A stretch of 32,000 nt of DNA from Geobacter sulfurreducens PCA (GCF_000007985.2 NC_002939.5:2370001-2402000); one strand, 5' to 3'. Numbered from the stretch's first letter, positions 7,152 to 15,508 are shown. The notes: generated by a model from the sequence alone, not told the origin. Program-made: numbers and translations.

Positions 7152-10100
7152 ATGGAACTTACCACTACCATCAACAGCTCGTTTTCCCGCACCCGGGGGA
7201 ATGAACTGAACAAGGGGTACTACCCGACCTTTCCATCTGACGTTCAGACGGTACTTCGTATCCTGGAGCCGTCATTCGGTTGGAAAAGCCGGCGCTACAA
7301 TGCCCTGAAAACCATATCAGTCCTTGACCCCTGCGCGGGTGAAGGCGAATTCCTGACCACAGTGACTCGCTGGCTCAAAAGGCGCTTTGCCGCCTCCAAC
7401 GGTTCACCTCACGAAATCCTCTCCTATGCCGTTGAACTGGATGCCGGCAGGTTCGCCAGGATTCACGGGACAACCCAGAAACTCAACTCGTCGTTCTTCG
7501 ACGTGGAGCTTTCCGGCAAGTTCAATCTGATCTTGCTGAATCCGCCTTACAACAAGGCCGCCGGCAACGAACTGGTCACCTGGATGGAAAAGACAGCGCC
7601 CCTGCTGGCCTACGAAGGAGTGATGGTTCTCATCATTCCCGAGTATGAACTGAAAGGGAGGCTGCTGGACATCATCCAGGGTACGTTTACCTTTGCCTAC
7701 GCCTTCCAAAGCGAGGAATACGCCCGCTTCAAGCAGGTTGTCGTATTTCTGGCAAAGAATCAGGACAACAGCAGCGAAATCTATCATCAGTATGTCCGTT
7801 ATCAGAGTTGGCCCGCTGCCAACCTGGGGGATGGAGCGGTACGGGGGAAGTACACCGTGCCGGGCAAACGCCAGACTCTTTCCCTTGGCGGCAGCAATGG
7901 CAGCAACCGCCCGCTCATGACGGCCCGCGACCTCACGGAGTTTTACCGGGAGTGCGAGGACCGGCTCGACAAGGCGGCGGGCATGGTACTGGACAGGCAG
8001 TATCCGTCGTCTTATGACACCAGCATCCAGCCCATCTCAACCCTGCGAACTGCGCACGCCGTCCAACTGGCAGCCATGAACAGCCAGATCGAATCTATCA
8101 CCATCAACTGCGACTTCTTCCTGGCTAAATTCATGGTCATCACCAAAAACGAGACCTTCAAAGATCCGGAGAACAACTGCGAGACGATGGTCTGCAAGCC
8201 CACCGTCGAAGCATTTCTGATGGACCGCCACGGGTACGTGAAACCGGCCCGGGAACACGGGTTCGATTATTACGAACTCAACAGCCGGCTCTCATCGGTG
8301 CTTCTGCAGAAACTCTCACGGCTCTACCAGCCCCTTCACGAAATCGGCCAGGACGAAGCATACCTGGTTGATGAACTGCAGGGGATCGGTCTGCTCCCCC
8401 CGCAACGGGAAGCGGTCAAGGCCGTCATCAAAGCCTACCGCTCAGGACGCCGGGGTATCGGCATTCGTGCCAATACCGGCACCGGGAAAACATGGATGGC
8501 GAAAGCGGTGAAGTACCTGACCAATGCGAAACGCACGGTGATGGTATCGGAACCGCAGCTTATCCCCCAGTTGGCACGGGAATACGCCAACGAGGGGTTC
8601 AATGTGCATGTCATCGACTCCTGGGAAGTCTTGAAGGAACTTGCCGCAACCAGGCCGCACGGTCTCTACCTGATCGCTTACACACGGCTCAGGATGCACC
8701 CGAAATACCGGCTATGCATCAGGAGTCGTAAAACCATCGTCAAGAAGGATGGCAATAGCTCCGTGGAATTCACGGAGGTATGTCCGTCCTGCCGTTCGCC
8801 TCTGACCGAGAAGATCCGCAAGGGTGACAAACCCAAGTGCTCATATTGTGGCGAACCGCTCTTTACCTATATTCCTGAAAATGACCGCACAGCCATGACC
8901 TATCGCCGCTGGATCAGCGAGATCGAGAACAACGGCACCGCCACGGAAGCACGGACGCACAACAAACAGTTGCCGTACATCCGATTCCTCAAGCGGATTC
9001 CATTCGACCTCGCCATCTTCGACGAAGTTCATAACGCGGCCAACCTGATGAGCAATCAGGGGACCGCGTTCATCCGGCTTGCCGCAACTGCTGCCAAAGT
9101 TCTCGCCCTCACCGCCACCGTGACCAACGGTATGGCGAAATCAGTCTACAACATCCTGTGGGGGCTGAATCCGAAGCAGATGCGCGACTCCGGCTGGGAG
9201 ATGAAGTCAGCCACAGATTTCCAGACAAAGTACGGAGCATTCAAAGAGGTCAGGAAAACCGATGAAAAGAACCGTCACCGGGAATCGGAACGTGTCACCA
9301 CCTACGATACCGCCGGAATCTCGCCGGCAGCCCTGATCTATACGCTCCCCAACTTCGTCAATGTGGACAGTGACGACTTCGATGACCTGCCACCAGTGGA
9401 ACGGGAGGTCATCAAGTGTCCGTCACACGCTCTGGTGGAAACCTGTCACCGGAGCATCGAAAACATCATCGAAAAGGCAGACCTGCCACCGGAAGACCTT
9501 CTTGCCGCCGCAGCCGTCCGCAATGCCGCTTTTCTGCGTGTCAGCGACACGTTCCGGCATTACAACGACGAACTGAAGCTGCGGGATGTTCCGCTCGGCA
9601 CGCTGCACCGGCTGTCGCTTCCCGACGGGGAGCTGCTGCTGGAAAAGGAAGAAAAACTCATCGCTATCGCCCAAGGGGTGATTGACCGGGGAGAGCGTCT
9701 ACTGGTCTATACCGGGAACACGCAGAAGATCGACATGCGCCCCGTCCTGAAACGCATCCTTCGGGATAACGTCCAGGGCGCCAGCATCGAGATCCTGCCC
9801 GACTCGGTTGCACCTGAAAAGCTGGTTGGATGGTTCGAGCAGGTAACGGCTCAAGTCGTTGTCGTCTCGTTCCATCGCGTCGCCACGGGTCTCAACTTGT
9901 CCCAGTTCAATAACCTTGTCTGGTACGACTACACGTCCAATACCAGACTGGCCGAACAGGGGGACGGGAGAATCCGTCGCGTCAACACTGCTGACATCCA
10001 CCGGGCTCAGTTCGGGGAAGTTCGTCCCGTCCGTTATTGGTATCTCACCTCTTCAGAAGTCCAGGCGTTGCAGCTTGCCTACACCCTGGAGAAGAGGATG

Positions 10101-10508
10101 GTCGCCAAGCTGGCGGAGGGGGAAACACCAGACATCGACCCGGCGGAATGCAGCAGCAGCCAGTCGTTTTCATCCCTGATGACCAAGGCGCTCAAGGAGG
10201 GGAACTTCAACTACTCCGACCCGTCGGCACTGTTGAAGAAGATGACCCAGCACGAGAACGCCCGCGTCAGGGGGGACAACAAGGCCGCATCGCCGGTCAG
10301 AAACAACGTCATCCAGCTGCCGGTCACCAGACCGGAACCCGTTCCCGTTCCATCATCCATTGCCGTCATCCACTGTGAAGGGGGCAAGGAAATCACCCGG
10401 GAACTGCCGTTCGGCACCTACCAGACCTTACTGGATACAGGAGCGCTGGAATTCACCCTGTTCGGCGTCTATCTGCGCCAACCCGCTCCCATGCGGAAGC
10501 GGGCCTGA
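7152..10508 (+). CDS. fusion of N6-adenine-type DNA methyltransferase and SF2 (DExH) helicase with inserted zinc ribbon
   Basis: The N-terminus has the SAM motif VLDPCAGEGEF and the catalytic motif LLNPPYNK. The helicase part has Walker A RANTGTGKTW, motif II FDEVHNAAN, motif III LTATVTNG and motif VI QGDGRIRR. CPSCRSPL...CSYCGEPL forms a C-x2-C ... C-x2-C ribbon. RBS is AAGGAGA. Confidence 0.85.
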   Translation: MELTTTINSSFSRTRGNELNKGYYPTFPSDVQTVLRILEPSFGWKSRRYNALKTISVLDPCAGEGEFLTTVTRWLKRRFAASNGSPHEILSYAVELDAGRFARIHGTTQKLNSSFFDVELSGKFNLILLNPPYNKAAGNELVTWMEKTAPLLAYEGVMVLIIPEYELKGRLLDIIQGTFTFAYAFQSEEYARFKQVVVFLAKNQDNSSEIYHQYVRYQSWPAANLGDGAVRGKYTVPGKRQTLSLGGSNGSNRPLMTARDLTEFYRECEDRLDKAAGMVLDRQYPSSYDTSIQPISTLRTAHAVQLAAMNSQIESITINCDFFLAKFMVITKNETFKDPENNCETMVCKPTVEAFLMDRHGYVKPAREHGFDYYELNSRLSSVLLQKLSRLYQPLHEIGQDEAYLVDELQGIGLLPPQREAVKAVIKAYRSGRRGIGIRANTGTGKTWMAKAVKYLTNAKRTVMVSEPQLIPQLAREYANEGFNVHVIDSWEVLKELAATRPHGLYLIAYTRLRMHPKYRLCIRSRKTIVKKDGNSSVEFTEVCPSCRSPLTEKIRKGDKPKCSYCGEPLFTYIPENDRTAMTYRRWISEIENNGTATEARTHNKQLPYIRFLKRIPFDLAIFDEVHNAANLMSNQGTAFIRLAATAAKVLALTATVTNGMAKSVYNILWGLNPKQMRDSGWEMKSATDFQTKYGAFKEVRKTDEKNRHRESERVTTYDTAGISPAALIYTLPNFVNVDSDDFDDLPPVEREVIKCPSHALVETCHRSIENIIEKADLPPEDLLAAAAVRNAAFLRVSDTFRHYNDELKLRDVPLGTLHRLSLPDGELLLEKEEKLIAIAQGVIDRGERLLVYTGNTQKIDMRPVLKRILRDNVQGASIEILPDSVAPEKLVGWFEQVTAQVVVVSFHRVATGLNLSQFNNLVWYDYTSNTRLAEQGDGRIRRVNTADIHRAQFGEVRPVRYWYLTSSEVQALQLAYTLEKRMVAKLAEGETPDIDPAECSSSQSFSSLMTKALKEGNFNYSDPSALLKKMTQHENARVRGDNKAASPVRNNVIQLPVTRPEPVPVPSSIAVIHCEGGKEITRELPFGTYQTLLDTGALEFTLFGVYLRQPAPMRKRA

Positions 10509-10584
10509 CCATCACCCACAACCCTCGCGGGGACCGACTCCCCGCAGGGGTGATCGGTCTCCGCAACCAACAAGGAGACCGGCA

Positions 10585-10980
10585 ATGACCGAGACAAACA
10601 CCGTAAAGCGCCTCATCATCCCCATGCACGACAACAGCGAGTTCTTTTCCGACAATGCTGACTACGCCATCATCGATCTTGACGCCGCCCTCATCGAGCG
10701 GATCAAGAAGCTGGCGGTGGTCGTGAGACAGATGAAGGCCAACAAGATCAGCGAATTCAACCATACCTGCGACTTCAGGACTGTCGATTGGGATGCCGAG
10801 CCGGACAACGGCAAGGTAGCCATGAAGGAGTTCGAGGGACGGATGGAGTGTTCCACTCTGAACGTCACCGACAGCGATTTCTTCTGGTCGGGCTACTACA
10901 AGCACACCGATGTCCGGTGGGAAACCGACACGGTGCTGATCAAGTCGCTCGACGAACCGGACATCCTGGATGAGCGGTAA
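10585..10980 (+). CDS. hypothetical protein
   Basis: ATG at 10585 is preceded by CAAGGAGA. The ORF-track start at 10360 overlaps the helicase gene and reads as low-complexity sequence. Confidence 0.5.
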   Translation: MTETNTVKRLIIPMHDNSEFFSDNADYAIIDLDAALIERIKKLAVVVRQMKANKISEFNHTCDFRTVDWDAEPDNGKVAMKEFEGRMECSTLNVTDSDFFWSGYYKHTDVRWETDTVLIKSLDEPDILDER

Positions 10981-11006
10981 GCGTGCGGAGAAGAGGAGGA
11001 CGCAGC

Positions 11007-11528
11007 ATGAGCCCTCTCGACCGACAGACTGACGAACCGACCAACGAGGAACGTGCCGGCAGGATTGACACTGTCATGCAGGCCTACTGCCTGACCCTCG
11101 AAAACCGGGATTTCGACGGCGACGAAGACGACGTGAAGGACATGCTCACCGACCTAATGCACTTCTGTGAGCGGATGGAGATCGATTTCGAAGAGAATCT
11201 CCGCGTCGCCCGCAACAACTACAAGCATGAACGGCTCGCGGAACAAGGCGATACCGGCCAGCTTGGCTGCCCGGTGTGCGGCTGCTTTCTGGAGGTTACC
11301 CGGACCGATACCCTGTTGGGGATCGACCGGGAGTTGTACGACTGCCAGGAATGCGACGAGATCTTCATCCGGGAGCTGAATGCCCCGGACAGTCCACTCC
11401 AGCGAGCAGTCAAATGTGTCGGCTGCGGCAACATGATTCCGCAGGCCTCGGCGCGCATCCTGTACCAGCGGGACGACTACGCCCACTTTATCGGCGAGTG
11501 CTGCTGGGACGAACGGCTGCGTGAGTGA
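11007..11528 (+). CDS. hypothetical acidic protein with two Cys pairs (putative zinc ribbons)
   Basis: ATG at 11007 is preceded by GAGGAGGA. Cys pairs are CPVCGC...CQECDE and CVGCGN...ECCWDE. Confidence 0.5.
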   Translation: MSPLDRQTDEPTNEERAGRIDTVMQAYCLTLENRDFDGDEDDVKDMLTDLMHFCERMEIDFEENLRVARNNYKHERLAEQGDTGQLGCPVCGCFLEVTRTDTLLGIDRELYDCQECDEIFIRELNAPDSPLQRAVKCVGCGNMIPQASARILYQRDDYAHFIGECCWDERLRE

Positions 11529-11541
11529 AAGGAGGCTTGCC

Positions 11542-12057
11542 ATGACCCTGAACACGACGTTGCAGGCGGCACGAGATATGGGCGTGCCGGAGCGTTACGC
11601 GGTAATGCGCCGGCTGGCCTTCCTGCAGCCGCAGATCAAGCATCTGGAGCGGGAAATCTGGGGAGCGCGACGGCGGACGGATCGCAGTCGCGACCTGCTG
11701 ATCAAGGCCCTGTCCGAATCCCTCATCAGAGACCAGGAAAAGGAGCTTCGCCCCATGAAACGTGAGGCGACGGCGCTCCTGAACCATGTCAACGGCAAGG
11801 AGACTGTGCAGGCGCCCGGCGGAATCACCCAGGAGATGATCGACCAGGCCCGGCAGTATCCCATCACCAGCATCATCGAATTCTCCAAGGGGCGGTACCG
11901 CTGCTGTCCGTTTCACGAGGACCGCAATCCGTCCATGGCCTTGTACGAAAACCACGTCCACTGTTTCGTCTGTAACCGGACCTGGGATTCGATCAGTGCC
12001 ACGATGGCGCTGGATGGCGTGACTTTCCGGGAAGCCGTACTGGCTCTCCAGAGCTGA
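11542..12057 (+). CDS. CHC2 (DnaG-type) zinc-finger protein lacking a primase catalytic domain
   Basis: ATG at 11542 is preceded by AAAGGAGG. CCPFHEDRNPSMALYENHVHCFVCNRTWDSISATMALDGVTFREAV matches the zf-CHC2 pattern (CPFH-x-E-x-x-PS ... CF-x-C). The protein ends right after the finger. Confidence 0.7.
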   Translation: MTLNTTLQAARDMGVPERYAVMRRLAFLQPQIKHLEREIWGARRRTDRSRDLLIKALSESLIRDQEKELRPMKREATALLNHVNGKETVQAPGGITQEMIDQARQYPITSIIEFSKGRYRCCPFHEDRNPSMALYENHVHCFVCNRTWDSISATMALDGVTFREAVLALQS

Positions 12058-12135
12058 ACAAAATCTATCTCAAACCCTATGGGGGCGATGACTGCCCCCC
12101 CAAGGGGAGGTCCGCCCCCGCTATCGGAGGAGGAT

Positions 12136-12627
12136 ATGAATCTTAATCTCTTCGGTGAACCGGTACCGCCGGTCACCAAACGAATCATGGTGCGCTCAAT
12201 CGAGGCCCGCTACAGAAACGAAGTCGTGCGTGACGATGCCCCGGAATGGGTGTCGATGCGCTTCACGAAACCCGAGCAGGTCTATGAGATGTTCCGGGAT
12301 CTCCGACGTGAGACGAAGGAGCATTTTGTGGTGTTGCATCTCGACGGCAAGAACCGGATCGTCTGTTTCGACCGGGTCTCCATCGGTTCGCTCAACCAGG
12401 CCATTGTTCATCCTCGGGAGGTGTTCAAGACGGCATGCCTGTCCAATGCGGCGGCCATTCTGCTTGTGCACAACCATCCGACCGGTGATCCGAACCCCAG
12501 CAGCGAAGATATCGCCATCACCAAGCGTCTCAAGGAGAGCGGCGACATTCTCGGCATCCGGGTACTGGATCACATCATCGTCGGTGATGACGAGTTCCTG
12601 AGTTTTGTCGAACAGGGACTCTTGTAA
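12136..12627 (+). CDS. radC: RadC-like JAB/MPN domain protein
   Basis: The JAMM-like motif LLVHNHPTGDPNPSSEDIAITKRL is present, followed by GIRVLDHIIVG. ATG at 12136 is preceded by GGAGGAGGA. Confidence 0.85.
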   Translation: MNLNLFGEPVPPVTKRIMVRSIEARYRNEVVRDDAPEWVSMRFTKPEQVYEMFRDLRRETKEHFVVLHLDGKNRIVCFDRVSIGSLNQAIVHPREVFKTACLSNAAAILLVHNHPTGDPNPSSEDIAITKRLKESGDILGIRVLDHIIVGDDEFLSFVEQGLL

Positions 12628-12684
12628 ATAACGGGGGAGCGGCGCTTCAAGCGCCCTCCCTCGACTCTTCCCCCCTGCTCAAGA

Positions 12685-12732
12685 GGGTTCCCTAGAGCCA
12701 CCGTCCCGGCGGTGGTTGTAGGGAGCCCTTTT
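12685..12732 (+). terminator. compound stem-loop with short T-tract downstream of radC-like gene
   Basis: The outer stem pairs GGGTTCCCTA with TAGGGAGCCC (one G-U pair). The inner stem pairs CCACCG with CGGTGG, followed by TTTT. A second hairpin lies at 12635-12660. Confidence 0.4.
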
Positions 12733-12766
12733 GGGCCACCAACACTACATCAAGGGGGATAGAGTC

Positions 12767-12904
12767 ATGTCAGTCAGAGCACGTATCAACGGTAGGGAAT
12801 TCACGCTGAGCTGGGAGGAATTTGAGAAGGCGCTGCACCGGAACAACATTGTCGGTGGCGAATTCGAGGTTCTTGCCATATATGCCGGCGGGAGACCCTG
12901 CTAG
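12767..12904 (+). CDS. possible 45-aa ORF, unknown function
   Basis: It falls below the ORF-track length cutoff. ATG at 12767 is preceded by AAGGGGGA. The translation is MSVRARINGREFTLSWEEFEKALHRNNIVGGEFEVLAIYAGGRPC. Two hairpins follow directly, the second being a canonical terminator. Confidence 0.35.
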   Translation: MSVRARINGREFTLSWEEFEKALHRNNIVGGEFEVLAIYAGGRPC

Positions 12905-12939
12905 CATCTTCAGACCGGATACCCGTCCGGTCTGGATAG

Positions 12940-12970
12940 AGGCGGCCCATGTGGTCGCCTTTTTATTTTT
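12940..12970 (+). terminator. rho-independent terminator
   Basis: Stem AGGCGGCC / GGTCGCCT (one G-U pair), loop CATGT, then TTTTTATTTTT. It is preceded by a 9-bp hairpin, CAGACCGGA-TACCCG-TCCGGTCTG, at 12911-12934. Confidence 0.6.
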
Positions 12971-13059
12971 ATACCTATAGAAAGCACCATTCCCTATGGC
13001 GGCCCCGGTTTTCTTGGACACGAAAATGAGGTAAATCTAGGTGTTCAAGGAGGTCGTCA

Positions 13060-13422
13060 ATGGAAAAGGATGTCAGTGTCTCCGGTGCGGCGGAAGGAGA
13101 GCGTAGCTCGACTGGAGCAGCACCGGAAGTCAAACGTTGGAGCGCCAACCGCAAAAAGGAGGTTGTCCTGCGGTTGATGCGCGGTGAACCAATCGATGCC
13201 TTGTCCCGTGAGTTGGGCATCGAAATCTATCGCCTGGAAGAGTGGCATCAGAAAGCACTCCAGGGGATAGAATCTGCTCTCAAGGCTCGTGAAGGTGATC
13301 CGTTGGCAGCGGAACTCGATGCAGCCTTCAAGCGCATCGGTGAGATCACCATGGAAAACGAGCTACTGCGGGAGAAAGCGAGGCGTGCCCACCCTTTGGC
13401 CCAGAGGAGATCGAAGAAATGA
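13060..13422 (+). CDS. IS3-like transposase OrfA (HTH plus leucine-zipper-like region)
   Basis: KRWSANRKKEVVLRLMRGEPIDALSRELGIEIYRLEEWHQKAL is a typical IS3/IS911-type HTH. RBS is AAGGAGG. The stop overlaps the orfB start (ATGA). Confidence 0.8.
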   Translation: MEKDVSVSGAAEGERSSTGAAPEVKRWSANRKKEVVLRLMRGEPIDALSRELGIEIYRLEEWHQKALQGIESALKAREGDPLAAELDAAFKRIGEITMENELLREKARRAHPLAQRRSKK

Positions 13423-14309
13423 GTGCTACGATCTCCCCTGCCACCGGTAAAGCCTATGGCGTTCAGCGCGTCTGCCTTGCCTGGGGAGTGCCCCGCTCGT
13501 CGTTCTATAGCCGTGCAGGCAGAAAAACATTGCCTGCTGTACTGCTCAAGCGTGGTCCAAAAACACCGCTCTCTGACGACGAGGTACTTTCTCTCATCCG
13601 GACCGACCTGGAGACATCCCCCTTTGTCGGCGAAGGGCACCGTAAGGTCTGGGGACGACTACGCTTCGTCAAAGGGATAAAAGTCGGCCGCAAACGAGTG
13701 TTGCGTCTCATGCGGGAGAACAATCTGCTCTCCCCTCACCGGGTTGTTCAGGGACAGCCCAAGGACCACGCCGGCAAGATCATCACGGCGGCCCCCAACG
13801 TCATGTGGGGTACCGATGGCACCAAGATCTTCACCCTGGAAGAAGGGTGGTGCTGGTTGTTTACCGCCGTCGAGCATTGGAATGCCGAGTGCGTCGGTTG
13901 GCATGTGACCAAGAATGGCGACCGGTTTGCCGCATTGCAGCCGCTCGCCATGGGAATCAAGGCCCGTTTCGGCTCGGTCGGTGCCGCTGCTGCTCGAGGG
14001 TTGGCACTGAGGATGGATCACGGCAGCCAATACCTCTCAGAGCATTTCCAGAATCAGATCAAGTTCTGGGGAATTGCCCCAAGTTTCTCATTTGTTGCCG
14101 AACCGCAGACCAACGGGGTGACGGAACGGTTTAATCGGACTATCAAAGAGCAGGTCATCTATGGCCGCCATTACCGCACAATCGAAGAAGTAAGGATGGC
14201 AGTAGCTGACTTCATGGATCGTTACAACCGGCTGTGGCTGGTTGAAAAGCTCGGGTTCAGAAGCCCACGACAGGCTTTCGAGGAGTATCAACTCAAGAAG
14301 GCTGCGTGA
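13419..14309 (+). CDS. IS3-like transposase OrfB (rve/DDE integrase core)
   Basis: DDE candidates are WGTDGT, MDHGSQY and TNGVTERFNRTIKEQ. The frame is -1 relative to orfA. Confidence 0.85.
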   Translation: MSATISPATGKAYGVQRVCLAWGVPRSSFYSRAGRKTLPAVLLKRGPKTPLSDDEVLSLIRTDLETSPFVGEGHRKVWGRLRFVKGIKVGRKRVLRLMRENNLLSPHRVVQGQPKDHAGKIITAAPNVMWGTDGTKIFTLEEGWCWLFTAVEHWNAECVGWHVTKNGDRFAALQPLAMGIKARFGSVGAAAARGLALRMDHGSQYLSEHFQNQIKFWGIAPSFSFVAEPQTNGVTERFNRTIKEQVIYGRHYRTIEEVRMAVADFMDRYNRLWLVEKLGFRSPRQAFEEYQLKKAA

Positions 14310-14450
14310 CTCTTATCTTGTGTCCAGGGTACCGGGCGCGCTACATCTCTTTCTCCGTCTTCACGTCGTCGTTCGCCATGGAGAACCCTGCGACCGCGAC
14401 AAGAAGCAGCATCAATCCGCCAACCATCATGGTCCTACCGTTAATGATCT

Positions 14451-15050
14451 TCACTTCTCCTCCTTTCGATGTTCTACGATTTCCACACGCCGGTTCAGGC
14501 GTTTGTCGGTCGAAACAGGGCAGCACTTGCCTTTTCCCTCCACAGTCACCACATTAAAACCATTAGATTTCATTATCCCTGCTACATGATTCGCTCTCCT
14601 GATCGACAACCTCTCGTTGTAGTCATCCGTCCCAATCGTGCAGGTGTAGCCCTTCAGCCCGAACATGCCCTGCTTCGTCAATCCCGCCAACAGCCCATCG
14701 AATCTCAATCGCTCGTGACGTGACAGCTGTTCGCTGTCGAAGTCGAACTGCACGCTTGTGAGCTGTATTTCTGTCTCGATGGCGCCGTGGGTGGATGACT
14801 GGACAGGCTTTGTCTCAAGGGCAAGTTGCGGCTCCGGCTTGACCGGGTCGGAGAGTCGCATGGCAAGCATGGGTTTCACCGGCAGGAGGGAAAGCCTGTG
14901 ATCTGGGCAGTCGGAACAGACGACGAACTGGTCATCCTGTTTAGCCGCAACTGCATCGAGCGAATAACTGAATGGCCGCTGGCGAATCTCTGCGGCATGG
15001 GCTGTTAGCGGAAGAATCAACGCCAGTACGGTGATGCTGAGCGATTTCAT
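14451..15050 (-). CDS. OmpA-family (peptidoglycan-binding C-terminal domain) exported protein
   Basis: The signal peptide is MKSLSITVLALILPLTAHA. OmpA_C motifs are VQFDFDSEQL, GYTCTIGTDDYNERLSIRRA and NRRVEIV. The start at 15050 is preferred over 15086 because it gives a clean signal peptide and fits the upstream motif spacing. Confidence 0.8.
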   Translation of the reverse strand: MKSLSITVLALILPLTAHAAEIRQRPFSYSLDAVAAKQDDQFVVCSDCPDHRLSLLPVKPMLAMRLSDPVKPEPQLALETKPVQSSTHGAIETEIQLTSVQFDFDSEQLSRHERLRFDGLLAGLTKQGMFGLKGYTCTIGTDDYNERLSIRRANHVAGIMKSNGFNVVTVEGKGKCCPVSTDKRLNRRVEIVEHRKEEK

Positions 15051-15093
15051 CAAGGGGAACAGGCCTCCTGAAGGAGTGTGCTTCATTCACATA

Positions 15094-15112
15094 ATCTATA
15101 GGGGGGGCAGGT
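15094..15112 (-). promoter_or_regulatory. copy 1 of the 20-bp motif ACCTGCCCCCCCTATAGAT(AT), oriented toward the OmpA-like gene
   Basis: The reverse complement reads ACCTGCCCCCCCTATAGAT. It ends 44 nt before the ATG at 15050. It contains a -10-like TATAGAT. Confidence 0.45.
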
Positions 15113-15228
15113 TCAGGCGTCGTCACTGATCCGAGCAGCGCCATATCTGGTTCATCTGCTCAATTACGACTCTGATGAGGACTGTTGGTGGGGTATGTGG
15201 CGGAACAACCGGAGCAACAGGGTGCGGA

Positions 15229-15365
15229 ATGAACATCTACATCTTCGGTGATGGTCAGGTTGAAGGGTTGGCTGAGATGAAAAACTGCTGGGCGGCAAGG
15301 TAGTCAATCTGGCGGAAATGATCAGTACCGGCCTGCCGGTCCCCCCGGTGTGGACACCCTCAATG
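15229..15365 (+). pseudogene. frameshifted N-terminal fragment of a pyruvate phosphate dikinase / PEP-utilising enzyme
   Basis: MNIYIFGDGQVEGLAEMK, then (after a +1 shift at an A-run) KLLGGKVVNLAEMISTGLPVPPVWTP. This resembles the conserved PPDK/PpsA N-terminus (LLGGKGANLAEM..GLPVPPGF). Similarity stops after about 45 codons. Confidence 0.5.
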
Positions 15366-15449
15366 TGTCCTGACCTTTCCAGTACATAATTTTTTTCAGC
15401 CGAATTATTAGTAAGTTATACGGTTTTATCAGGGCAGATCACGAATTGC

Positions 15450-15470
15450 ACCTGCCCCCCTTATAGATAT
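15450..15470 (+). promoter_or_regulatory. copy 2 of the 20-bp motif (ACCTGCCCCCCTTATAGATAT), oriented toward the alpA-like gene
   Basis: It ends 38 nt before the ATG at 15509. It is the same length as the other copies, with one C-to-T change. Confidence 0.45.
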
Positions 15471-15508
15471 TAGAGACAGGGAGAAACACCAAGAACGGAG
15501 GAAAGGCA

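Larger units (their letters stand above)
12997..14343 (+). mobile_element. IS3-family-like insertion sequence (two ORFs in 0/-1 frames); ends approximate
   Basis: Imperfect terminal inverted repeats are visible: ...CCCGGTTTTCTTGGACAC on the left at about 13003-13021, and GTGTCCAGGGTACCGGG on the right at 14320-14336. I could not identify a target-site duplication. Confidence 0.6.

Noticed and set aside
10360-10584. N-terminal extension of the 10585 gene (ORF-track start 10360)
   Set aside because: It overlaps the 3' end of the helicase gene and is Pro/Arg/Ser low-complexity sequence. The ATG at 10585 has an RBS.
12770-13021. 83-aa minus-strand ORF between radC and the IS
   Set aside because: It runs antisense through two hairpin/terminator structures and starts inside the IS terminal repeat. 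It has no RBS and no recognisable motif.
14341-14430. Annotating the 29-codon membrane-peptide ORF downstream of the OmpA-like gene as a gene
   Set aside because: It is too short, and no RBS was recognised upstream of its ATG. Its stop lies within a few nt of the proposed IS end. It is kept only as an observation in the findings.
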